From assembly GCF_009914755.1 (NCBI RefSeq), contig NC_060928.1: a stretch of DNA of 64,000 bases. One strand, given 5' to 3'. The notes beneath the pieces are model-generated. The model did not search any database and was not told the origin of the DNA. It saw only the letters and a list, made by a program, of their open reading frames with translations. Numbering within the stretch: position 1 is the stretch's first letter; the number at the start of each line of letters is the position of its first letter. Shown in pieces: positions 27,931 to 46,829 of the stretch. Position numbers and translations under genes: made by a program. This stretch comes from the human T2T-CHM13v2.0 reference genome, Homo sapiens.

Positions 27931-30900
27931 GTACCTAATAGTTGCAAGGTGGTAGCTTTATAACATACTAACCCTTCCAGATAATATGAGGCCTAACCAT
28001 ATTTAAAATATCTAAAAAGATGCATAAAGACCTATAGGAGGGAATGTCAGATGCCATAGCCATGTACATAATCAGGGCAACATTCTTGTTCCTAAAATGA
28101 TAAGAAATGTCTCTTCTGATGTGATTTCTAAAATGTTATTAAGTTTGTGTGATACCCATCTTAAATCATTAAGTCCCTATAGGTTCCCTGAGATAATGCA
28201 ATGTAGCATACAGTAGTAAATAGGAGTATTTAATGGTCAGTAATGTCCATAGCAGTTCCATGTGTTAAAAATGCTGGAAACACAATAAGAGATGTTATAC
28301 AAACAAAAGAGGTTATAGTGATAATCATTCACTATAGCAAATTGTCATTGTTGGGCACAGATAAGTTATAGAACTACATCAGCTCACCAAAAGCCAGCTC
28401 ACTTAATGGCTATTCCACCACATAATCTATTTGCCAACTTTCAAAAATCTTTTAATTACTTGGTTTTAAAGAACATGTTTTAAATGTTGTATATGTGAAC
28501 ATATTTTAATGGATATATCATTTGTCTTTGATCATATTTTTCAATGCTTTGAGCCTCCTATTCAAGGAAATTGGAACAGAGAGAAGCCTACATATTCATA
28601 GGAATATATTCTTTTTGTAAATTATATCATAGTTATTTAAGTATGTTTATAAGATTATAACCAATAATTATTTTAAGCAAGACATACTAATGAAGTATTA
28701 ATCATTTTTATACATTTTATACATGTAATTCATAATCAATAATTTATAATCAAGTAAAGAAGAAAATATTCTTGAATTTACTCTTATATGATAAAATGTT
28801 GCATATAAAGAACTCATATATATTTAAAAATATATTCAGGAAGACTGGATTAATGAGAATTCTTTATATTTGGGGATTATGTTTTACTTTTATGTTTACA
28901 TATGTATATTTATAAGGATATACTTTAAAGAAAAATATATCATAAAAAGGATATGTTTATGATCATTTTCTTGAAATGTATTCTTGTAAATACATTATTG
29001 AGCATACTCTGGGACATTTTTCAAAACCAGGGCCGTGAATGTCAACTCAAAAATGCTATTCCAAACTGTAATTTTTGAGGATTTAAAAAAATATATTGTA
29101 TAGGAAATCTTCATGATCAATAAAATATTCTTAAGTTAATGTTTTTGTCCCTCAGTCTCTACCTCTCTCTGCTCCACAGTCTCCATTATCTCCTATTCCC
29201 TGACCAAGAGTAGTTGTAGAGATATGAGACACAGGCAGATTGAATATATTTTTCCTATTGACATATTTTTAAAACATGTTCTTTAAGGACATATTATTCT
29301 TAAATGAAGCATGGTTAAGAGTATGAAGAATATTATGGAATATGAAGGTATCTTATAAATACATTCTCTTCTTGAACAATAATATAATAATGAATTACGT
29401 ATTTATAAAAGCATCATATTTAATTTTCTAGGGTTCAGTCTTGCATTTTCAGTCTCTAAATTTCTTCTCTTTGTTCTCAGTTTTCTGTTGCAGCATTAAA
29501 GAACTGGGGCAGAGGAAAATATTTCATCAAATGCTGATAGAAAAATAAAATGGAAATATTCAAAGGAATTAAATAATTAGAGGATTCAAAAATTAGAGGA
29601 TTCAACTAAATAATTAGAGACTTTGGTAAAGTGGTCATTGGTTAATTTGATTTGGGGGACTTGGTTATTTGCATTATAGTATATGTTCAACTAGATTAAT
29701 TCAACACTACCAGAGATAGCCTTGATAACCTCATTTAGTTCTAGGGTCCAATTCTTAGTTTCACAAAAATGACTTCCCAAAAAGAAAGGAGAAGCCCAAG
29801 AAGTGAGTTTTAACAATGGCCCAGAAGAATCCGTATGTCAAAAGGAACTTGCATTTACTCTTACAGATTCTGTCCAACACTAAGAGTCTCTGATTCTATC
29901 ACAATTTTCTTATTTTCTATCAATCACACATTTTTATTTTTAAATGATCCAAAAATTGCCCATTTATTTGATTAATATAAGCCTTCCTTTTATTAATATA
30001 AAGGCATTATATTACACATGTATAATGTGTATATTACACGTATTATACATGGTCAATATTAAAGAAAAAAATATTCTCAGCCTGTCAAAAATATTTCTTA
30101 ACTAAAACTAAAATCTTCCAAGTGTTAGAATGGCTCTGAACAAACTGTGCTAGATAAAAACAAAACTAAAGTTTCAGCATGAATTGTTTATAAATCTGAA
30201 TTTAAAAATGGTTAAATAGGGTAATAAGTGTACTAAATACCCAAGATTAATATCTGCTAATTAACATCTACCAATCTTTTTACTTGGGAATCTGAGGTGC
30301 TTGCATTTTTCTTGATTTTTATGCAGTGATTAGTCTAAGGCTTTCTAAAAGATTTATACAAATTCACTTGAAATATGTCTGAAATTTAAAAAGTTATCAA
30401 AAGAATGTCCTCAAAAAAACAGTAGAAACTATATTCTTTCTTTTCACTGAGCAAGTCTAGTGCTGTCATCGCAAATGATTATTCTCTTTGCTAAAAGATA
30501 CTCTTGAGACTACTATTGCTGGTTTACAATTTCATCATGTGTTAACCTTTCTAAAAGAACTGGAGGAAGAATTTTCTCTTTAGAGAAAAAAAACAAACAC
30601 ACACATACTTCATATTACAAACATGCCCTGATTTGACTCATTCTTTTTTTAAAATGTGTGGTCTAGAAGCCTGAGCAGGCAAAATGTAGGCATTATTCAT
30701 AAACAGTTGTCTCATACATTTTTATAACCTTTTGTTCTAATCTCCAGAAACTCATTTCTTTTAATACTTAAATGAAACAATTAACACTCATTTTAAAAAA
30801 ACCTTATTGGCTTGTAAATTCTTATCTATTAAAAAGATGATCTGATATTTTACACATCAGTATCATGAGAAAAAAAGAATAAATATTTTATATCTATTTT

Positions 30901-31956
30901 TAAGTCCATAATTTAGACATGTGATACTAATATACAAGCTGCAACTAGTTTTTCCACAGAATAAAAAGAAAATCAACACATACTTCTTGATTGACCTGAA
31001 GAAAAAGAGAGTTTTTATTAAAGTATTTTATCAAAATATTATTGCTGTTAAGTCTTTGCTACAGTATTAAAACCATGCTTCTTAAAACTCTAGGGAAATA
31101 TAATGCAGAAGGGCTTTAGTATATTTCATAGCAGAAGCTGAGTTTGTCTTTAGAGTTGTAGCTACAGTTGTTATTTGCATAGTATGTTCTGGTTTGAGGT
31201 TTTCCGTTTTTACTTCTAATATTTTATCCTTTGTTTGCTGTAGGTCAGCTTGATTTCTAGGCAGTTGCTCTGATTTTCTGGTATTTAACAGATATAAAAT
31301 GTCTTGTTATCTCTTCAAATTCATGAATTCCAACATTTGTCTACATAATTGTTTGAGCATCTTAATTACGTAAAATACATTTCACTTGGCATAGTAGTCA
31401 GATAACAGAAGTTTGGCAGATATAAACACTATCCCTAAGGAACATATTCATCTGGAGGAAAAAGAAACATACATAAATAAATTTAGTTCTGTAAAAAGCA
31501 GAAATTAGTAAATGCCAAAATGGAGGTATCGATAAAATGTGTGAGAGTCTGGAGAAAGGACAGATAGATCCCAGCTGAAAGAAAAAAGAACAGATATATG
31601 AGAGCCATGGTATTTCAGCCTAGCCCCAAAGAATGGTGATATTTGCACAAATGTAATTGCAGAGAAGGGAACCAAGGTGGAGGTAACAATGTCACCAACA
31701 GCAAAGACAAAGCTAATCATGGAAAAGAGAAGAGAACTACATCCTTCGAGTACATTGTGGCAAATGTTTCACATTCACCATTAGCTTGAAATAATAGCTT
31801 CAATTCTAGTTCCCTCAGCAACATAAAGAGGAATTCAAGCCTTAGTCAAGAGCTTGATGTATTCCTGGAAAGAAGCCTTTGTCCATTGACTGCCCCTACA
31901 AGCACTATGACTAAACTATAACTATCTGCCTTGGGACCATCAAGACCAATATCTTT

Positions 31957-35742
<3,786 letters not shown>

Positions 35743-35949
35743 CAAGACCAATATCTTTATTTGCTTTTCTCCTTTTGTTGCAGATAACCTCATAATTCAC
35801 AGGTCTGATCTTCTTAGGTAGGATAAGTGTGTATCAGAATTTGCCTGGGACAGTTTTGTCTATAATTATTATTGGGATCTCCTTTTAAATTTTGATATAA
35901 ATTACTTGATCTTGGTATTCATAAGACTATAAAACATGTATCTTTCCTC

Positions 35950-38800
35950 ATTTCCCACTCTTCAGCAAACTCCCACACTTCCCATGGTATCTTCTGAATT
36001 AACCAAGCTCAATTTTCTGAAACATCCCCTCTAATCTTTCTCTCAATGTTCCTATTCCGTTTTTGACCTAATTGCAAATTGGCTCTCCCCTGAATATACA
36101 TTTCCATTAAAGTCCTCTCACGTAGTGACTATTTTAAATCCTGCACTACTTCCCTGCTATGTTGTTGAAGGCATCATTCTTGGTCCTCACTGTTGCCTCT
36201 AGATCCTTCTCCGTTATTCTTCCCTGAGAACCATCATCTGAGAATTTTGTGGTAGAGGATTAAAACAACAAAACTATTTCTCATTGTTGTGGTCATCTCT
36301 CAACTCCTGTTCCATTCTCCTTCTTTTCTTAAAGATTTAATATTTTGTTTCTTTGTCCATCTTTACAGCACCACTCCAGTTGCATGTCAGGTAAGTATTC
36401 CACCCAATGCCTTAATCTCTTAGTTTCTGTCCACTCTCCACTAGTTATCTTAATCCCCTTCACTACCTCAACCACATACTCTCTTAGTCATAACCTAGAT
36501 CTTGTCTATTTTTGTACCTTCAGCTCCTTTTCCACAGTCTTGTGCCTCCAATGGTTTGTTAACCCCACTGGGGCTTTCACTCTACAATATTTCACTGTTT
36601 CTCATCTTTATTATGTTCTTATTTATACCTTTACCCAGTTCAAGTCTCATGATCAAGCATTGCAATCACTGTCTTGCATATACCCCAAATTATTCCATCT
36701 CAATATTCTATTTACTTCATGCTTAAATAAATCTATGCTGTATGTGATAAAGGAAAAGTAAACTCACACACAAACAGACATACACACACACACACACACA
36801 CCCATGTTGACTACTCCCACTTCAAATTTTACTATTTGCTATAAGACTTTACAAGGAAGTATTATTAGAAGTAATACAGAATAAGAGATAGAATTGATTG
36901 TGTGGAAGAAACCATACATTCTACATATTTCCCTAATAATGTGATAATCAGATTGTTTTCCTAAAGCACTCACTCTCCTTCTTTCCTACTATCTCCTTAT
37001 CTCTCACTTTTACTTTAATGATCTTGTTTTGTGTTTTCTTGAAATGATCTGAAGCCTCAGAAGAGAACTATTACTATCAAATCTCTTCACCCACGTACAT
37101 GTAGCCCCATATACTTGCCATCTCTTCTGTTGCTATATATGAAGTACTGATGTTCCAATTTACAGCAAAGCCTCTTCATGTGCACTCCGTCCCACCAACT
37201 TTCACCAGTCAAGGGAACTGACATTCTCTTGTATTAGCTTGAAATAATAGTTTCAATTCTAGTGCCCTCAGCAACACAAAGAGGAATTCAAGTCTTAGTC
37301 AAATTGCCAAACTTTCTTGTACATCATCAAGATTTCCTTCTCTCCTGAATGTCTCCATAACATGTTATAACTTATTATATCTTTGAAAGAAGAAAACAAA
37401 ACAAGACAAAAACAAATCCTGCAGACACTACTTTCCTTTTCATTTGCCACTTCAATTCTCTCATTCTTTTTAATGAAATTCTTGGAAACTAGTGTCTGTG
37501 TTTACTGCTTCTAATTCTTCACCTCCCTATCTTTCTTCAAACACATGAGTCAGGCTTTTACCACCACCCCTTTTCTGAAACAACTGTTTTTAAAGTCGTA
37601 AGTGACGCCACATTGCCAATCCAGTGGTCAGTCTTTGGTTCCCATCTTACCTGATCTATCAGGAGTATTTTACATAATTGATTATGCTTTTATTCTGTGA
37701 AACCCTTTCTTCTTTTGGTGTCCAGATTATAAGACCCGCATGGATTTCCTTTTATCTTACTGACTGTGCTTATTCTCTTATTCACTAAATAACTTACCTC
37801 CTTAGCCTCTTTATGTTGAAATGGGCCATGCTTTAGTCTTAGGCCTCTTCTCTCTTCTATCTTCACTTAATCCCTTGGCGATTTCATCCTTTCTGTATAT
37901 GCCAATGACTCCAAAATCTATGTCTTCTGCATAAACATATCCCCCAAACACCAGAACCATATGTCCAACTGCTTACTTAAGATCTTTACTTGGATATCTA
38001 ATAGGAATCTCAAATATAACATGTCAAAATGTTAGCCACTGATTTTTCTCACCTCCAAAAGATACTCATAAATCCAGGCTTTTCCATTCCATTTCAAATA
38101 AACTCACTCATTTGTATTGCTCAGCCAAAATGTTAGAGTCACATTTGATTCCTCTCTTTGTCTTTCTCTCATTCAACAAATAATTGTACTGTGTGCCTGT
38201 TAAAGTGCTATGTACTCTTCCATGTGCTGAAGCTACAACAGTAAACAAATTAGATAAAGGATTCTGGGCTCACAGAGCATACATATTAGTGAGAGAAGTC
38301 ATATAATAAACATGTAAACTATATAGTACCTTATAATATTATAAGTGGCATGGAGAAAAATAAAGCAGAAGTACTGTAAGTGTAGTTTGGAATTTTTAAC
38401 TAGGATTCCATGGAAAACTTCACCAAGAAAATTACCACTGAGCAAAAAATGGAAAGCTGTGAGAGATTGAGGCATGTGACTATCTAGGAGAGAAACATTG
38501 TAGTCAGAGGACAAAGCAAGTGAGAACTTCTGAGTTAAGAGCAGGCCAGAGCAGCAGGGAGGCCAGTGTGCCAGAGCAGTGGGAGTGCTAGGGAATGAGG
38601 ATAGTAAAGTAGATGAGTGCTAGGTCATGTGGAGAGTTACAGGTCCTTGGAAAGACGTCGGTTTTTATAGAATGAGGTACAAAGCCACTGGAGTGTCTTG
38701 AGTAGAAGCAATACATGATTTCACTTCTATTTTACCAGAATTCCTTTGTATCTGTTTTTTTTTTTAAAAAAAACGTGTATGACAGCAATGGTGAAACCAG
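35950..38800. mobile_element. Long L2 remnant (+ to ~38160, then - fragment)
   Basis: Pyrimidine-rich L2 motifs (CCAATCCAGTGGTCA, ATATGCCAATGACTCCAAAATCTA, CTCAAATATAACATGTC); CTCATTCAACAAA at ~38168. Confidence 0.75.
36762..36801 (+). repeat. (CA)n microsatellite
   Basis: Direct read. Confidence 0.9.
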
Positions 38801-40386
38801 AATTTCATAGATACTGCAATATTCTAAATGTCATATAGTTTACCTTATTCCATTCTAATAACTACTGTTTAGAAGGGGCATTATTTTCAGGATATTTTGT
38901 TGAAGGAATGCTCAAAATTTTAATAAAGGACAAGTCACAGGCACTTGCTAACTGTAAGGGTCACCAGTCTGAATTACCTAATATAGCCAAGCCCATGCAA
39001 ATAAAGTGAATACCAATTCTGCTAGGCTGCAAAGGAATATGTAGAATGTATGCTCTCTTCCACAAAATCAATTGGATCTCTTATTCTGTATTACTTCTAA
39101 AAATATTTCCTTGTAAGGCCTTATAACAAATAGTGAACCTCAGACCACTGCATAAAATTGAACTTTCAAAACAGTTTTATAATCTCTAGAAGTTTGAGTG
39201 TATCAAGATCTTCTCATTACTATGTATGCTAATAAACTAACTTAACTCATAACACAGTGGCAGGACATCTGGAAAATCATTAATGTTTAAAATTTATCAG
39301 GCATTTAACAGAATTTGAATCCTATATTAAATAACTATTTCGTTTTATTAATTTATTACGCTATATTCTATACATATAATAGATGATATGTTAGAGATTT
39401 TTAACATATTATACTATACATCGTGATTTTAGAGAAGGAAGATTAATTCTTTACAGGGTACAATTTTCTTGATGAAACTATCTCCATTTTTAGCTAAAGA
39501 AACTGATCTTGATTGTCAGGAAATTACATTAGTACTCCGTGCACATTTTAGATGCTTTGTTTGCAATCTTAATTAATTTAGTTATTTCATTTTTCTACCA
39601 AAATGCTAATTCACATTGGTGAATTTCTTGCCTAATCAGAGAATTTGAAGCAACACCATATTCTTGGTGAAAGACTGTCTACAACTAGCCCTATTACTAC
39701 AAGCCAAACATATGAGGTCAGAGTTTATGATACATCCAGTAAGTCCTACTATATTTTTCAACTTTTCTAATATATCAATATGTTTAAATGTGACTGCATT
39801 ATATAGTAGTTTTCTGTGCATATATACTTCTGTACTTTTCTCCATGCTTAAACTGCAAATAAAGATACACAGGTAAATTTTTGTAGAAAAATGTGATTAT
39901 ACTGTTCATGCTACTTTAAAAAAAAATTTAATTACATAGTTTATCACAGTCATTTTTCCAGGTCAATACTACTACATTAATATTTTAAATAGAAGCATAA
40001 CATTTTCTATGGCTTCCATCCAGATTATTTATTGGTTGTTTTTAAAAAAATTTTAAACCAATTAAAGGTCCATAAAAACCTTGTTTACAATTCTAAAATT
40101 AATGTTTTTCTGAATACATTTGGTGGAAAACCTGATCTGAAGCAATATAAAGCTATTTATAATCTTTATTTAACGTAATTAGTTTGAATATTTAAACATT
40201 TAATGCAGAAATATTAATGTGTTAAACTAAAAGGTGCTGCTTAAGAAAACTGAATATTATTAATAATATATTAACTATGTTTTATATTATTGTTATAAAA
40301 TCCTAAAACATTAGAATTCTTAAATATATCTGGTCATAAGCGTTTTAGTAAATGGTTTGTAGAATTGTATAAAGATTGCTGCAATA

Positions 40387-40691
<305 letters not shown>

Positions 40692-40949
40692 AAAGATTAC
40701 TGCAATAAAATAAAAAAAAAAAAAGACACAACTGCTGCTGTACCAACACTTATAGACTGAGACTTGCATTTTTATAAATTAGGGTTTCTGAAAGTGAAAT
40801 CCTTCTATCATAGAACATGCACTTTTTCAGTTTCTTAAATATCCTACATTGCTTTTCAGAAATGTAATTAATACTTCTATTAAAATGTGTTAATATTTCT
40901 ATTTCTCATGTATTTCTGCAAATTTTAAAGATATTATAATAATTGCACA

Positions 40950-42460
40950 CTCTTCCCAGCCTCTGTATCTATCATTCTATTCTCTATCTCCATGAGATCT
41001 AGTTTTTAATGTTCTTATATAAGCTATCATGTGGTTTTTGTCATTCTGTGCCTGAGTTATTTCACTTAATATATTGAATTCCAGTTCCATGCATGTTGCT
41101 GCAAATGACAAGATTTCCTTTTTTTAAAATGACTGAATTATCTTTGAACTTCCTGTATCTACAGGTAACTATATTTCTTGCAAGACTTGGAAATTTTTCA
41201 ACTATTGTTTTGTTAAATAGGTTTTCTATGTCTTTGCCCATCTCTCCTCCTTCTGGACCATACAAAATGTAACGATTTAATCCTTTTGTTTTGAGACAGA
41301 GTCTCACTCTGTCACCCAGGCTGGAGTGCAGGGGTGTGATCTTGGTCCACTGTGACCTCTGCCTCCCAGGTTCCCAAGTATCTGAGATTTTCGTCTTTTT
41401 TTTTTTTTTTCTGTCTGGTGGGTTATTACAAAAGACCTGTCTTCGAGTTCAGAAAAGTTTTCTTCTGCTTGATCTGGTCTATTATTGAAACTCTTGGTTG
41501 TATTTTTAATTTTATTTATTCATTTTTTTTCAGTCTAGGATTTCTGTTTGGTTCCTTTTAATACTATCTACTTCTTGGTTAAGTTTCTCACTCAGATCAT
41601 GAATTGCTTTTCTGATATTTTTGTATTGTTTATCTGTGTTCTCTTCTATCTCACTGAGTTTCTTTGATATCATTATTTTGAATATGTTTCAGGTATTTCA
41701 TAAATTTCCTTTTATTTGGGATCTGTTACCAGAATTATTGTGTTTCTTTAGGGGTGCCGTGCTTCTCTGCTTTTTCATATTTCTCGTATCCTTACATCAA
41801 AAGCCTTGCATCTGGTGTAACAGTCATTTCTACTTTTATAGATTGGCTTTTATAGGGAAAGACTGTTTCCTAAAGATGTACCTATAGTGTTGATTGTGTG
41901 GAGTACTTTGGCTTTAATTCTGGATGAGCCCCGCGGTTTAATCTCGGTATGATTTCTTTGGCTGTAACCAGTGTCAATGGTGTCTGTGAGTTCCTTGGTG
42001 ACTTAGGCAGCAGTTGTTAGTGCAGGCTGTGGTGAGGCTTTGCTGGGAACAGAGACACCAGGTGGACTTCTCAGGCACCTCCTGAGGTGCCAGTGGCGAG
42101 CAGGACAAGCCTGTCTTCAAGCACCTAGATGGTGTGTGCTGGCACCAGTAGTACTGGCAAAGTGGATTAATGCCCAGATTTCTGGATGACACAAATGGGT
42201 GTTGGCAGCAGTGGTGGTGGATGAGGAACAACTGTCTTCAGGCCCCTGGATGGTGCACATAGACACCAGTGGAGGTGGGTGGGGCAGATCTATTCCCAGG
42301 CCCACAGATAACATCCACAGGTGCTGGCAGTGGCGGCAGCAGCAGGTGGGGAAACCCTTTTGGTTGCTCAGGTGGTATGCACAGGCAACGGCGGTGGTGG
42401 GCAGGATGTGTCAATCCCCAGGCCTCCAGACCATGTGCACCAGGGCCAGTGGTGGTTACT
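40950..42460 (-). mobile_element. L1M/L1MA mosaic (3' piece, ORF1 piece, GC-richer 5' repeats)
   Basis: TTATTTCACTTAA..CATGTTGCTGCAAATGACAAGATTTC (3' part) abuts ORF1-like sequence at ~41137; GGCAGTGGCGG-type repeats 42050-42450. Confidence 0.65.
41284..41378 (-). mobile_element. Alu 3' fragment
   Basis: GAGACAGAGTCTCACTCTGTCACCCAGGCTGGAGTGCAG. Confidence 0.9.
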
Positions 42461-44487
42461 TTTACAACATTAATTATGATACGAAGAACCTTGTTCTAAT
42501 CATTTTCAACGTTGATTATACTGGAATATCCTATAGGAATTTTATACTCCATTTTTTTCTCACAGTCTGCCTTCTAAAAATGCCCATGTTAAATCTTATG
42601 TATGTACCCCAGGAGCTAGCAATGCCTGCCAGTTAATGGACTCACTAAAGATTTGATAAATGCATGAATAAAAAATAATAGTGTTTTAAATTTCTGTAAG
42701 ACCTTTTTACAGTCATTTTCTGAGATTAAAACACAATCACAATGACTCTGATAACAATAGGAAAGTTTCAAATAAGTTAAGCAGCTTGAAAAAAAATAAC
42801 ACTCAAATGTGGCAGAATTTGGAATAAAATAAAGTTTTCTTGTTTCAAAGCTATGCTTTTAACTATTTCATCATTTATATTAGAACATGAATGTTAACAG
42901 ATAACCCCTTCATTTATTCATTTAGAAAGCATATCTTGATTTTTTGTTGCTTGTTAGCTTAAATACAATGTAAAAATCTAAAACCATGCTGAAACACTAC
43001 ATAGACTGATGAATTAGAATGGGCAAAAACGTGAAACATTGACTTGAAATTATTACATATAATAGATAAATACCAAATGCATGTACATACATGAGCATGA
43101 ACTCTAAATTCCGTCTTTCTTGACTTATAGCCATTTTCACAGGAAATCAAAGGCAATGACAGATCCCCTTGAGCCAGAAGTTGACGTCTTTGGTTTTAGT
43201 CTCCCATGTAGTAATGATAATGTGGACAAAAATAGATGGATGTGATTTTTCAAAGAGAACTTATTTCACTGTACACAGTAGGATAATGCAAAGAACTACT
43301 GCTTTATTTTCATGACTAGTACATATGAATCATAATCAGTTCTTTGAATTCCTTCAAAGAGGATGAAATAAATCCAAGAATGCAAACTTCCCTTATTTCA
43401 CAATATTCGTGACAGATGTGTGACCAGCAGACACCCTTGTGCTTGTTTCTACATGTGGGAAGACTGCAGCACATCCATTAGCCAGTCGTTTCTTCTTGCT
43501 ACTTCCATATATTGGCAGAACAGAATATTCCCACGCTGGTTTTCTTCAGATGACCCGGTAAATCTTTCAGCTCATCTTTAAAGCTCCCTCCACACCACCT
43601 GGGTGTATAGAATGCTTGCTTGTGGTGCGTATATGTCAGGATTTGATCAAGAAGCTGAATGTGGCTCTGTGCCTGGTTTGCATCACAGAGTCACAAAAAA
43701 GGTTGCATAAAATCACCCGTCTGCAGACTGTTTACTTGCCTGAAGTGTCATGCCACTTCTGAGATTCCGGGGTTCCAGAGAGCTCCATGGCATTTTGAAC
43801 TGACTTCCTCTCTGCTTCATCCAAGACAACATTTTTTTGTGCATTTTTTACATATATTTTATATTAACACACTTTTTAAAAGGCAGGAAATTATAAATAT
43901 CTATAATCTCTTCTGCAAATCTAACATTAACTAATTTGGAGATAAAACCTAGACTGGCCAGACATGAGACTTTACAAAATCTCTATTTATTTTATTTGGT
44001 GTGACTACGCATTCAGGTCCCTGTGCAAATATTAATGTGTTTGATTAGGCTGTGCCACCCAAGACATAGTTGGAAATGCTATAATAACATGCAGCACATG
44101 CATCATATTATCATTCACAAAACCCTGAATTTCAAAACATCTAGTCCCAAGGGCCTCTGGTAAGGTCGTGTAAACCTATAAATATATCCTGAGTTGTATC
44201 TTTATGTACTGACCTGGAAAATTACTGCTATATTCGATTTTTAAAAGTTTTTTAAAAGTATGGCATAATTCCATTTAAAATTAATACATATATGAGTTTA
44301 TGTGCATAGGGTGTGTGTTTACATGTAAGTATCAATGTACAGATAACTAAAAATATGTGCTATTTTCTTGTATATTTGATTTTACATTTTTTTATGCAAA
44401 TCAGCATCTTCATATGTAAATATATAAACTTTTCTTGAGAATTTGTATTAGGTAGGGAGGACACAGCGGGAGAAGGTAGTTACATAA

Positions 44488-44688
<201 letters not shown>

Positions 44689-44849
44689 ACATTCTTTTAC
44701 TACAAATATGATTATGTCTAATTCTGCTACTTCCAGTGAAAAAAGGCAGGGCCTTTGTCTCTCCAGCGTGCCTGACCTGGGCTGCCTTCTCAACTGCTTT
44801 GTCCCCTTGGCTCCAGGAGGCCCCAGATGGTTAAGAATAACAAACAATG

Positions 44850-46490
44850 ATGAAAAGAGACTCCATTCAGTAAATGTTGTTGGGATAACTGACTAGCCAT
44901 ATGCAGAAGATTGACACTTGACCCATTTCTTTCGCCATATACAAAAATTAATTCAAGATGGATTAAATACTTAAACGATAGACCTAAAACTGTAAGAACC
45001 CTGGAAGAAAACCTGGGAAATATCATTCCGGACATTGGCCTTAGCAAAGAATTTATGACTAAGCCCCCAAAAGCAATTGCAACAAAAACAAAAATTAACC
45101 AGTCAGACCTAATTAAACTAAAGGGTTTCTGCACAGAAAAATAAACTATGAGCAGAGTAAATAGATAACCTACAGAAAGGAAAAAAATATTCCCAAACTT
45201 TGCTTCTGACAAAGGTCTAGTATCTAGAATCTATAAGGTACTTAAGCACTTCAATAAGCAAAAGACAAATAATCCCATTAAAAATGTGGGCAAATTATAT
45301 TAACAGACATTTCTCAAAAGAAGGCATACATGTGGCTAAGAAATATATGAAAAAATGCTTATCATCACTAGTTGATATGGTTTGGCTCTGTGTCCCCAAC
45401 CAAATATCATGTGGAATTATAAATCCCAATGTTGGCAGAGGGACCTGGTGGGAGGTCAGCAAGGGCAGATTTTCCCTTGTTGTTCTTGTGATAGTTATCA
45501 CAAGATCTGGTTGTTTAAAAGTATGTAGCACTTTCCCCTTTGCTGTCTCTTTCCTGCTCTGCCATGGTAAGACGTGCTTGCTTCCCTTTCACCTTCCACC
45601 ATGATTAAAAGTTTCCTGAGGTCTCCTGTACAGCCTGTGGAACTGTAAGTCAATTAAACCTCTTTTCTTCATAAATTACCCAGTCTCAGGTAGTGCTTTA
45701 TAGCAGTGTGAGAACAGACTAATGCACTAATCGTCAAAACCACAACAAGATAACATCTCACACCAGTCAGAATGGCCATTATTAAAAGATCAAAAAATAA
45801 CAGATGCTGGTAAGGTAGTAGAGCAAAGAGAACACTTATACACTGCTGGTGGGGATATAAATTAGTTTCCCACCATGAAAAGCAGTGTGAAGATTTCCCA
45901 AAGAGCTTAAAACACGACTATTTAACCCAGAAATTTCACTATTGGTTATACAACCAAAGGAGAATAAATTGTTCTACCAAAAAAATACATGCATTTCTAT
46001 ATTCATTGCAACACTATTCACAATAGCAAAGACATAGAATTAACCAAGATGTATGTCCATGCTGGACTCAATAAAGAAAATATGGTACATATACACCATA
46101 GAATACTATGCAGCCATAAAAAAGTAATGAAATCATGTCCTTTGCAGCAATATGGATACAGCTAGAGGCCATTATTCTAAGGTAACTAAAGCAGGAACAG
46201 AAAACCAACTATCACATTTTCACTTATAAAAGGGAACTAAACATTTAATACACGTGGACACAAAGGTGGGAAAAATAGATACTGGTGACTGCTTGAGAAA
46301 GGAGGGTAAGAGTGGGGCATGAGTTGGAAGGCTATTAGGTACTATGCTCACTACCTTGGTAATGAGACTATTTATACATCAAGCCTTAGCGACAGGCAAT
46401 TTATCCATGTAAGAAACTTGCAAACATACCCCCTGAACCTAAAATAAAATTAGAAAAGAAAAATATAAATAAATAAAAATTTAAAAGTTA
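44850..46490 (+). mobile_element. L1PA15/16-like 3' end (ORF2 C-terminus and 3'UTR), interrupted by MSTA
   Basis: ORF 44911-45144 [17 protein letters not shown]; 3'UTR GGTACTATGCTCACTACC..CCCTGAACCTAAAATAAAA. Confidence 0.9.
45373..45726 (+). mobile_element. MSTA (MaLR) solo LTR
   Basis: TGATATGGTTTGGCT...ATAAATTACCCAGTCTCAGGTA...ACTAATGCA; TSD CTAGT/CTAAT. Confidence 0.9.
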
Positions 46491-46829
46491 AAATGAATTG
46501 TTAAAAAATTATTAAGCATTTACTATAAGGCACACATTAGAATAATCATTTGCAATGATATATGTATTTAATAGAAATGCAATCCCCTGAATTTCATTTA
46601 ATACACTTTTTCTTTCTGAATTTTTTAAAGGTGATCAAAAAGCATAGGACTTAATACACATGGTAGAAATTTCCATTTTTACTGCTTAACATTATAAAAT
46701 TGATTATTTTAAGCTATACTGAAAAGATTCTATTTTAAATGTAACCAATTTTCTTTAGTTTATTTAGTAAAAATATGCATAAATAAATATAATATGTAGC
46801 AATTTTTAAGAATCAGCTTTTGTGGTATA

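Noticed and set aside
29575-29620. Short tandem duplications (also 254-274, 7698-7741, 20797-20840, 61890-61911)
   Set aside because: Ordinary slippage-type micro-duplications
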